NCBI GenBank assembly: GCA_964428315.1
Contig: CAYRXT010000008.1
Location: forward strand, 6,140 to 70,139
From: an uncultured Planctomycetales bacterium
GTDB lineage: Bacteria; Omnitrophota; Gorgyraeia; Zapsychrales; CAYRXT01
Length of the DNA: 64,000 nt
Direction of reading: 5' to 3'
The notes under the pieces were generated by a model. It did not search any database. It was not told the origin of the DNA and saw only the letters and a list, made by a program, of their open reading frames with translations. The translations under genes and the position numbers were made by a program. The stretch's first letter is position 1. The number at the start of each line of letters is the position of its first letter. This document shows, one piece after another, positions 57,394 to 64,000 of this stretch.

Positions 57394-60300
57394 TTATGGC
57401 CGTGTCTGGTATGAATAATCCTTTGTCCACCAGGCACCATCGATCAAAATCCACAGCCTTACGTAGATTTTCGTGTTATTAAGCGGGATGCCGGTGACTG
57501 TCTGCGATGTCGCCATGTGAACATTTTTGCTGTAGATATCGCCCCAGGGATCGACTTTGACTGAACTGAAGGTCGTCCCCACGCTGAGCCAGTAGGCGGA
57601 GGCCCGCGGGTCGGAATCCCAGGAGAAGTTCACAGTCGCGGAGGTGATCGCGGCATTGTCCCCCAGGTGGACGCTCTGATCTTGATCAACTTCTGTCATG
57701 CAGGAGGCGTCACAACCGTCGTTGTTGTTCGTGTTGCCGTCATCACATTGCTCCGAACCGTTTACTGTGCCGTCTCCGCAATATTCGGCGGATACGCATG
57801 ATGCAAAGGCGGAGCATTGATCGTCACAGCTTTGGGTTCCGGCATAACCGTCCGTAGTGGTGCACGACTGGACGTTAGAATCACAGACTTCTTTTCCGTT
57901 GGTCATACCGTCCCCGCAATATTCGGTTGCGATGCACTCACTGTATCCGGAGCACTGGTCATTACATGACCGCGAACCGGCGTAGCCGTCTTCCGTTGTG
58001 CAGATTTCGCTATCGTTGTCACATATCTCCGAGCCTGTGACCATTCCGTCACCGCACACGTCCGTCTGACCGGAGGCTGTCGTCTGATAAGAATAATCCT
58101 TGGTCCACCAGGCACCGTCAATCAAAGTCCACAGCCTTACGTAGATTTTCGTGTTATTAAGCGGGATGCCGGTCACAGTCTGCGATGTCGCCATGTGAAC
58201 ATTTTGGCTGTAGATATCGCCCCATGGATCAACTTTGACTGAACTGAAGGTCGTCCCCACGCTGAGCCAATAGGCGGAGGCTCGAGGATCCGAGTCCCAA
58301 CTGAAATGAACGGTGCTGACACTGATGGTGGCGTCTCTCCCGAGATGCACAGCCTGGGATTCAAGACGGCAGCCGGCACTACACCCGTCTCCCCCGCTGT
58401 TATTGCCGTCATCGCATTGTTCGTTTCCATTGACGGTACCATCGCCACAGCTTTCAGTGGTCGAACACGTCCCAAAACCCCCACAATGGGCGTCACATAA
58501 CTGTGTGCCCGCATAGCCGTCGGTCGTTGTGCAGCTTTGCGCATTCGAATCGCATACTTCGCTGCCATTCACCATGCCGTCACCGCAATATTCGCTTGTC
58601 GTGCATGCGCCAAAAGCTGAGCAATTATCGGAACACGTCTGCGTACCGGAATAACCGTCTGCAGTAACACAGACCCGGGAAGCTGTATCGCAGATTTCGT
58701 TTCCGTTTGTTGTTCCATCTCCGCAATACTCGGATGTCGAGCATGAGCCGTACCCCGAACACTGGGCGTTGCACGTCTCTGTCCCGGCGTATCCTTCAGC
58801 GGTTGTGCATGACTGAGAGTCGGCATCGCAGGCCTCATCCCCGTTCGTTGTCCCGTCGCCGCAGGATTCGGTTGTCACGCATTCCGTGTTATACCCGCTG
58901 CAATCCGATTTGCACGCCTGCGTGCCGCTGTAGCCCTCGGCTGTCGTACAGGACTGCCCCTCTCCATCGCAGGTTTCATTGCCGTTGAGGATACCGTCTC
59001 CGCATGATTCTTCGGCAACGCAGGAACCGAAGCCGGTGCACTGCGCGTTACATGTTTCTGTACCCACATAACCGTCGTCAGCGATGCAGGACCGGCTGTT
59101 ACCGTCACAGACCTCTTCCCCTTCGATCTTCGCGTCTCCGCAATAGGTGAGCGATTGGTTTTCACTTCCCAAAACGCCAATTTCCGCGACGCATGTCCAT
59201 GGGTTGCCGTTAACCTCCGACAGCGCAACAAATTTAAAATACCGTCCGGTGTGCACTGAATTGAAGAGAACCTCTTTCTCTGAACTGGAATTGACGAAAG
59301 AACCGCTTGCCGCCAGCGAATCCCAAGCAATTCCGTCTTCGCTGATGTAAAACTCGTAATCTTTGACATTTCCATTTGATCCGCCATCCTGACGCGGGAG
59401 GTAACGGAATCCGCTCACATCATATGTCGCCCCCAAATCCACAATGATATAATGAGGATGTTCGGGAGATGTGTAGTACCACTCTGTATGCCATTCCGAT
59501 GTCGTGTCATCATCAAAGGCGTTTACTGCGGCATCATTATCGCTGTTCATTTCCTGGCTGTCGAAGTCGATCAGAGTCCAATTGGCCTTTGAGATGGCAA
59601 CAATCAGAGTCGAAACGGAAATCGAATGATCCGCCATATTGCTTAAAACACCATCAGAAACCGAAAAACGAAACGTGTAATCTCCATCTTGTCCACTCAC
59701 TGGCGACCAGGTCAGCGTCCCTGTTCCATCGCCGTTATCGACAAATACCGCCCCCAGAGTCGTCACCTCATCCAAAACATCGCCGTTGACGACGTGTGCC
59801 GTAAGCGTAAGCGGGTCCCCGTCCGAATCGCTGGCGCTGACATTAACGCTCGCGGCGCCTCCGGTTTCAATCGACGCATCACCGGAAACACTGATGACAG
59901 GCGCGTGATTGATATCCCCGACCGCGATGCTCGTTGTGTCATCATCACTCAAACTCCCGTCGCTGACGGTCAGGGTGACGGTGTACTCTCCAGTCTGGGC
60001 GTAGGTGTGCACGGGGCTTTCTTCGCTGCTTGTCTGGCCGTCGCCGAAGTCCCATTCATAGGAATAGCCGGCATCCGGCAGGAAGGATTGGCTGCCGTCA
60101 AAATGGACAGTCAAATGATCCGTGCTGGCGACCTGAATAACCGCTACCGGCAGGGCCTGATCGGTCGAACTGACCCGTATCTGATGGGTTCCAGTACCCC
60201 AGAATTCATGCCGGGCAAAACCCTGATCGCTAACGTTCAGGGCGGATTGGGTGCCGTCAATGCTGATAGTCCATGCCTTTGCCGGATCCAGGTCAGCGAT

Positions 60301-62433
60301 GTAGACCTCGGTATAGGCGTCAGAATTGACATTGATGACAAAGCCGGTTTTGAAAAGGCGCAGGGAGTTTGTCTTGGAGAACCTTTCCGGATCGTGCGCG
60401 GCACGGTAATTTTCAAAAGGCGTGGGCGAAGGCGGGGTGTTTTCCGTCCCGTTGAATATGGCCAGCTTATACGTGTCCACGCCCGCCATTAATACCCCGA
60501 CCGCGTCCTCGTCCGCCACGGATAGCAGTTTGGAAAAGTCCGCCTGGCTGCCGACATGAACGACGTTGGCCAGTGTGAGAAAACCTGTCTTTTGTGTCGG
60601 GATGATCCTCAACTGATATTTAAGTTCCCCGTCCCTCATAACCCCGGTCAGGTAAAGAGGATGCCCGGCGTTGTAGAGACTCTGTTCGTCATAGATCTGC
60701 AATGAGTAATCGTCTACCAGGGTTCTCAGGGTGACTTCTTCCCCGTTATCGGCGTGCCATTTTATGGTGTCGCCGCTGATGTTGGGATTGGCGTCAGGTA
60801 TATGGAGGATCCACTGATGATAGGCGTTGGCCGCGTCGATGCGCTCTTCGATGTAATCCGGTATGCGTTCGTAGCGCCAGGTCGGCATGGTGTTCGTATC
60901 CTTGGGATCGCTGACGTTAAGGCGGTCAAACACCACGATAGTGTCCGAGCCGTCCGTATTATGCCAGTACATTGTACTGCGGTTCCATTCATGGACGAAC
61001 TCCAGCGGAGGATCGTAGTAGTTGCTGTGAACCAGCTGTCCGCCGGTGGTCCCTGAATGATAAAGGAAGGTGTCGCCCGCTTCAAAGGCGCCTTCCCCGA
61101 AGGCCTCGTTCGCGCCGGCGACGCCGCCTGAAATAAGCATGCCGTTCATGTACGGCCCTTCGACCTTGCCGCCGTAATACCCTTTGGGATTCGAGACCGC
61201 CCATCCGCCGTTGCGGTAGAGATTGAAGTTTGTCAGCGATTCCCTGTCATGATCCACGTAGGTGTAGTTGAACATCGTCGATGCGTAAAAACTGTCGTTG
61301 GAGCCCCATCCGCTGTGATGGTACGCGATCCCGTGACCCGAGGCGTGATGTGATGTGATTCCGGCGGGAGCCTGACGCGAGGAGTAGGGATCCACGAAGT
61401 ACGGCCAGCTGGGACCGGTGTTCGTCGTCCCGTTGGCCTCGTATACGACGTCGAACAAATACAGAGCCTCCGGATCCCTGGATAACGCGCTCACCATCGC
61501 CATAAGGGGAACGCGGTTCCAGTAACGCAAATCGTGGGGGTTCTGCTCGTCGCCCCACTGAAAGGAATCTCTGAAGTTCGGGGTCATCTGCTGAACCATC
61601 GCTTCGGCAAAATCATCATATAATGCCGTAACGTCCGGAAATTTATCTTCTCCGTAATAGGCGTTGATTGCCGAGGCGCCCATAAGAAGATATTGCAGAG
61701 TCCCCAGGTTGTAATTCGAGCTCTCCAGCCATTCGCCGCCTACGGATATGCCGGTCGTGTACCGCTTGATGGTATTGCGCCATGTGGAGGTGTTTGCGCC
61801 GGTGGCGTCCAGCCCTCCCACAGGTTTGATGAAATCATTTCCGGCGAAATTGAGGATCTCGCTGGCCCTGGTGGGATCTTCGTCCATAAGGGCAACGGCG
61901 TAACAGGCCACGCCGAAATAATGTCCCGTCATTTCGTCCGAGTCCCACGTCCGCGTCCCGTGGCCGGTGGAAAAGACCAAATCAACCCAATGGTCGAGTA
62001 TATCCCGGTAGTTCGCGCGATCCGTCGATGAAAGCGCGTCAGAAATCCAGTCGTAAAGAATCGCCAAATTCGTGAAGTTATGGCGGGTGGAATTGCGGGA
62101 TGGTTCGGCGCAGCCCGACGGGCGGTAAGAATCCCCGCACCACCAGTTCACCCTCTGCCACGCCGAGTAGGCATATGAGGTGTCTCCGGTGATCAAGTAA
62201 ACCAGCCCGTCACGCAGTCCGTCGTCGCCGTAGAGATTGGACGTATCGGCCTGCGATTTCAGACGCTGCCAGAGCGGATGGTTTTCATTGTACATCTGGG
62301 TCCAGAGCTGCTGCTGGTCAGCGGACCACCCCACCTTGTTCTGGGCCCAGGCGTCGCATAGAAAAACGCCCGATAGCGCAAAAAATACCGTTGTCAAGAG
62401 AACAAACAGCTTTTGAAAATTTGATTTACTCAT
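57394..62433 (-). CDS. giant secreted multidomain protein: heparinase II/III-like lyase-like N-terminus, PKD/Ig-like modules, F5/8 discoidin domain, about 12 Myxococcales-type Cys-rich repeats, duplicated about 90-aa C-terminal domain
   Basis: Signal peptide MSKSNFQKLFVLLTTVFFALSGVFLCDAWAQN with RBS GGGGAGG. Repeats CGDG-NG-E-CD-C-GY-GT-C. Two near-identical C-terminal domains (SAYWLSVGTTFSSVKVDPWGDIY...). Confidence 0.85.
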   Translation of the reverse strand: MSKSNFQKLFVLLTTVFFALSGVFLCDAWAQNKVGWSADQQQLWTQMYNENHPLWQRLKSQADTSNLYGDDGLRDGLVYLITGDTSYAYSAWQRVNWWCGDSYRPSGCAEPSRNSTRHNFTNLAILYDWISDALSSTDRANYRDILDHWVDLVFSTGHGTRTWDSDEMTGHYFGVACYAVALMDEDPTRASEILNFAGNDFIKPVGGLDATGANTSTWRNTIKRYTTGISVGGEWLESSNYNLGTLQYLLMGASAINAYYGEDKFPDVTALYDDFAEAMVQQMTPNFRDSFQWGDEQNPHDLRYWNRVPLMAMVSALSRDPEALYLFDVVYEANGTTNTGPSWPYFVDPYSSRQAPAGITSHHASGHGIAYHHSGWGSNDSFYASTMFNYTYVDHDRESLTNFNLYRNGGWAVSNPKGYYGGKVEGPYMNGMLISGGVAGANEAFGEGAFEAGDTFLYHSGTTGGQLVHSNYYDPPLEFVHEWNRSTMYWHNTDGSDTIVVFDRLNVSDPKDTNTMPTWRYERIPDYIEERIDAANAYHQWILHIPDANPNISGDTIKWHADNGEEVTLRTLVDDYSLQIYDEQSLYNAGHPLYLTGVMRDGELKYQLRIIPTQKTGFLTLANVVHVGSQADFSKLLSVADEDAVGVLMAGVDTYKLAIFNGTENTPPSPTPFENYRAAHDPERFSKTNSLRLFKTGFVINVNSDAYTEVYIADLDPAKAWTISIDGTQSALNVSDQGFARHEFWGTGTHQIRVSSTDQALPVAVIQVASTDHLTVHFDGSQSFLPDAGYSYEWDFGDGQTSSEESPVHTYAQTGEYTVTLTVSDGSLSDDDTTSIAVGDINHAPVISVSGDASIETGGAASVNVSASDSDGDPLTLTAHVVNGDVLDEVTTLGAVFVDNGDGTGTLTWSPVSGQDGDYTFRFSVSDGVLSNMADHSISVSTLIVAISKANWTLIDFDSQEMNSDNDAAVNAFDDDTTSEWHTEWYYTSPEHPHYIIVDLGATYDVSGFRYLPRQDGGSNGNVKDYEFYISEDGIAWDSLAASGSFVNSSSEKEVLFNSVHTGRYFKFVALSEVNGNPWTCVAEIGVLGSENQSLTYCGDAKIEGEEVCDGNSRSCIADDGYVGTETCNAQCTGFGSCVAEESCGDGILNGNETCDGEGQSCTTAEGYSGTQACKSDCSGYNTECVTTESCGDGTTNGDEACDADSQSCTTAEGYAGTETCNAQCSGYGSCSTSEYCGDGTTNGNEICDTASRVCVTADGYSGTQTCSDNCSAFGACTTSEYCGDGMVNGSEVCDSNAQSCTTTDGYAGTQLCDAHCGGFGTCSTTESCGDGTVNGNEQCDDGNNSGGDGCSAGCRLESQAVHLGRDATISVSTVHFSWDSDPRASAYWLSVGTTFSSVKVDPWGDIYSQNVHMATSQTVTGIPLNNTKIYVRLWTLIDGAWWTKDYSYQTTASGQTDVCGDGMVTGSEICDNDSEICTTEDGYAGSRSCNDQCSGYSECIATEYCGDGMTNGKEVCDSNVQSCTTTDGYAGTQSCDDQCSAFASCVSAEYCGDGTVNGSEQCDDGNTNNNDGCDASCMTEVDQDQSVHLGDNAAITSATVNFSWDSDPRASAYWLSVGTTFSSVKVDPWGDIYSKNVHMATSQTVTGIPLNNTKIYVRLWILIDGAWWTKDYSYQTRP

Positions 62434-62461
62434 TGTACGACCTCCCCGGGTGCCCCCCGAT

Positions 62462-62495
62462 TAAAAAAACCCAGGTCCAAAGAGTCGGCCTGGGT
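62462..62495 (-). terminator. intrinsic terminator T2 (CCCAGG-13 nt loop-CCUGGG plus U7), 30 nt upstream of the giant-gene RBS
   Basis: Minus-strand CCCAGGCCGACUCUUUGGACCUGGGUUUUUUU, followed by AAUCGGGGGGCACCCGGGGAGGUCGUACA-AUG. Confidence 0.7.
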
Positions 62496-62539
62496 GTTGC
62501 GGTTTTCCGGGGTTGGTGCTGTTTGTTTCTCGCTGAGAA

Positions 62540-62622
62540 TCGCGTTTTCGGCAGCCAGGCTGTCCCTCTCAAGGACCCTGTGACTTTGCGTCCCCGCCTT
62601 ACGACGGGTTTGCCTTTATCGT
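62540..62622 (-). ncRNA. c-di-GMP-I (GEMM) riboswitch-like aptamer, copy A (gene-proximal)
   Basis: Minus-strand UAAAGGCAAACCCGUCGUAAGGCGGGGACGCAAAGU... then a second hairpin and CUGCCGAA. Parallels V. cholerae Vc2 (ACAGGGCAAACC-AUUC-GAAA-GAGU-GGGACGCAAAGCC...). Confidence 0.7.
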
Positions 62623-62656
62623 TACTTTTCTGAAAGAGCGGTGCGGCCGCGATGGC

Positions 62657-62690
62657 CAAAAAAAAACCTATTACGCAAAGTAATAGGTTC
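62657..62690 (-). terminator. intrinsic terminator T1 (CCUAUUAC-UUUGC-GUAAUAGG plus U9) between the two aptamers
   Basis: Perfect 8-bp stem followed by nine U on the minus strand. Confidence 0.75.
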
Positions 62691-62700
62691 GGTTTTGGTC

Positions 62701-62792
62701 GATCCTTCGGCAGTCAGGCTGCCCTTGAACCATGCGTTCAGGGCCCTATAACTTTGCGTCCCCGCCTTACGGCGGGTTTGCCTTTGTCGGTG
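62701..62792 (-). ncRNA. c-di-GMP-I (GEMM) riboswitch-like aptamer, copy B (promoter-proximal)
   Basis: Minus-strand CACCGACAAAGGCAAACCCGCCGUAAGGCGGGGACGCAAAGU-UAUAGGGCCCUGAACGCAUGGUUCAAGGGC-AGCCUGACUGCCGAAGG. GNRA (GUAA) tetraloop on P1. The variable second hairpin keeps its base-pairing relative to copy A. Confidence 0.7.
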
Positions 62793-62794
62793 AT

Positions 62795-62826
62795 ATTTTA
62801 AAGAACTTTTTTCCAGCCAATGTCAA
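62795..62826 (-). promoter_or_regulatory. candidate sigma-70 promoter for the riboswitch leader (TTGACA -35; TTTAAA/TAAAAT -10)
   Basis: Minus-strand TTGACAttggctggaaaaaagttcTTTAAAATA. Spacer is 18-20 nt, so only moderate quality. Confidence 0.3.
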
Positions 62827-62990
62827 GTATAGAACACAAATCCGGAAAAAGCAAATCGTGACGCGAAAAAATGATGATTTTTTCACGAGAAAAAGCGTCA
62901 ATCTTTAAGTGTCTATATCCTTTTGCAGGACAGCATGTTGCATATTTTGCGGTCTTTGGGAAAGCGCTTTCTCATTTTTAAAGTCCATTG

Positions 62991-63392
62991 TCAAAATTGC
63001 TTTTCGTAACATTCTTTTTTTAATTCGGATTTTTCCCGCTGTATCCAGTAAGAGTTTTTTTCCGGCTCAAGCGGCTGGTCTAGCAGATCCTTGCGGAGCA
63101 AACGAAGAACCAATCCAATGATGCCGAACATAAGATAAAATACCGCGCCCAAGATAAAACCGGTGACAACCGCTCCTATAAAGTGAGCCACCTTCATCCA
63201 CCGGTCATACACCAGCTTGACATGATCCAGCGAGAAGACCGTCAACAACAGGAAAAAACCGGACATGGTTATCAGCGCGAATGGCACAAATCCCGCTCCG
63301 TGCTTTATCCAAAGCCTGGAACCGATAAACCCCAGGATCAGGAATAGGCCATAACCGAAAACCTTCAAGTTTCTCATCTCTTTTGGATTCAT
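62991..63392 (-). CDS. SxtJ-family-like small membrane protein
   Basis: 133 aa, three TM helices. Immediately downstream of a carbamoyltransferase gene, the typical context of SxtJ-like proteins. Family call from memory. Confidence 0.5.
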   Translation of the reverse strand: MNPKEMRNLKVFGYGLFLILGFIGSRLWIKHGAGFVPFALITMSGFFLLLTVFSLDHVKLVYDRWMKVAHFIGAVVTGFILGAVFYLMFGIIGLVLRLLRKDLLDQPLEPEKNSYWIQREKSELKKECYEKQF

Positions 63393-63394
63393 CG

Positions 63395-63997
63395 TCAGTC
63401 CAGGATCAAGGACATATCCTCTTTTTTGTATTTGTCTTTGTCAGGCTGTTTTTCCTTCTCAAAAATCAGGTTCTCAATCACCAGGTAATCCATATTCGTG
63501 CACATAAAGCAGCGGTAGGCATCGGCCGGCGTACACACGATGGGTTCTCCGCGTATGTTGAAAGACGTGTTGATCACCACCGGGCAACCCGTCAGCTTGT
63601 AAAATTCATTAAGGACCTGGTAATACAGCGGATTGGTCTTTGCGGAAACGGTCTGTATCCGCGCCGAATAATCGACATGCGTGACCGCGGGAATGACGGA
63701 ACGACGGACCTTCAACTTTTCCAGTCCAGCCGCATTCATGTTCCGGGAGCCCTCGTCAATCTTGTCTTCCTTGACATTCGCGACCAGGAGCATGTACGGA
63801 CTGGGGCAATCCAGTTCAAAATATTCCTGACAGTAGTCTTCGAGCACGCTCGGCGCGAACGGCCGGAACGATTCCCGGAATTTGATCTTCAGGTTCAATA
63901 CAGACTGCATTTTTTCGCTCCGGGCGTCCGCGATGATACTGCGGCTGCCCAGGGCGCGCGGGCCGAATTCCATGCGTCCCTGAAAAAGGCCGACCAC
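63395..63997 (-). CDS. NodU/CmcH-family carbamoyltransferase, C-terminal part (5' end beyond window)
   Basis: EFGPRALGSRSI, FRPFAPSVL, IPAVTHVDYSARIQTV, NTSFNIRGEPIV motifs of the carbamoyltransferase C-terminal domain. The ORF runs off the window edge. Confidence 0.8.
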   Translation of the reverse strand: MVGLFQGRMEFGPRALGSRSIIADARSEKMQSVLNLKIKFRESFRPFAPSVLEDYCQEYFELDCPSPYMLLVANVKEDKIDEGSRNMNAAGLEKLKVRRSVIPAVTHVDYSARIQTVSAKTNPLYYQVLNEFYKLTGCPVVINTSFNIRGEPIVCTPADAYRCFMCTNMDYLVIENLIFEKEKQPDKDKYKKEDMSLILD

Positions 63998-64000
63998 ATT

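Noticed and set aside
62530-62800. Reading the two repeated elements as plus-strand sRNA genes with their own terminators
   Set aside because: On the plus strand the post-hairpin T-tracts are interrupted. On the minus strand each unit is followed by a canonical hairpin plus U7-U9 terminator, and the GEMM consensus appears only in minus-strand sense.
1-64000. Search for CRISPR arrays, tRNA/rRNA genes, transposases, integrases or phage genes
   Set aside because: No regularly spaced repeat-spacer arrays, no tRNA-like cloverleaf candidates and no recognisable transposase or integrase motifs were seen by eye. tRNAs cannot be fully excluded without tRNAscan.

Overview
This 64-kb window comes from a moderately GC-rich bacterial genome. 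Several features (multiple sigma-54 promoters, GEMM riboswitches, Myxococcales-type Cys-rich repeats, four-helix-bundle genes) suggest a Deltaproteobacteria-like organism. Almost the whole window (about 1.4-55.6 kb) is one co-directional minus-strand supercluster for exopolysaccharide or O-antigen-like biosynthesis and export. It contains an exosortase (XrtA-type) plus EpsI, two PEP-CTERM substrate genes, and a priming sugar transferase with an in-frame PEP-CTERM-like N-terminal extension. It also carries about 12 GT2/GT4 glycosyltransferases, wecB and rfbA/C/D genes, an AsnB-like amidotransferase, a CapK-like adenylating enzyme, and acetyltransferase and deacetylase-like genes. Export is encoded twice: a Wzm/Wzt ABC exporter, and a Wza-like export protein with a chain-length determinant, BY-kinase and ExeA-like ATPase. 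Regulatory genes include a MerR-like HTH regulator, a divergent local rpoN, an NtrC-type response regulator, a GAF histidine kinase and a PocR-GAF protein. The most notable non-coding finding is that the leader of a 1679-aa secreted multidomain protein gene carries two tandem c-di-GMP-I (GEMM) riboswitch-like aptamers. Each aptamer is followed by an intrinsic terminator. Other notable elements are a consensus sigma-54 promoter with an upstream palindrome in front of the PEP-CTERM/sugar-transferase operon, a frameshifted four-helix-bundle pseudogene flanked by 65-bp direct repeats, an octamer tandem repeat upstream of rfbA, tandem palindromic repeats at a GT4/GT4 gene overlap, and an unlisted 52-aa conserved small membrane protein gene. 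The window ends with an SxtJ-like gene and a partial NodU/CmcH-type carbamoyltransferase. No rRNA, tRNA, CRISPR, transposase or integrase was recognised.
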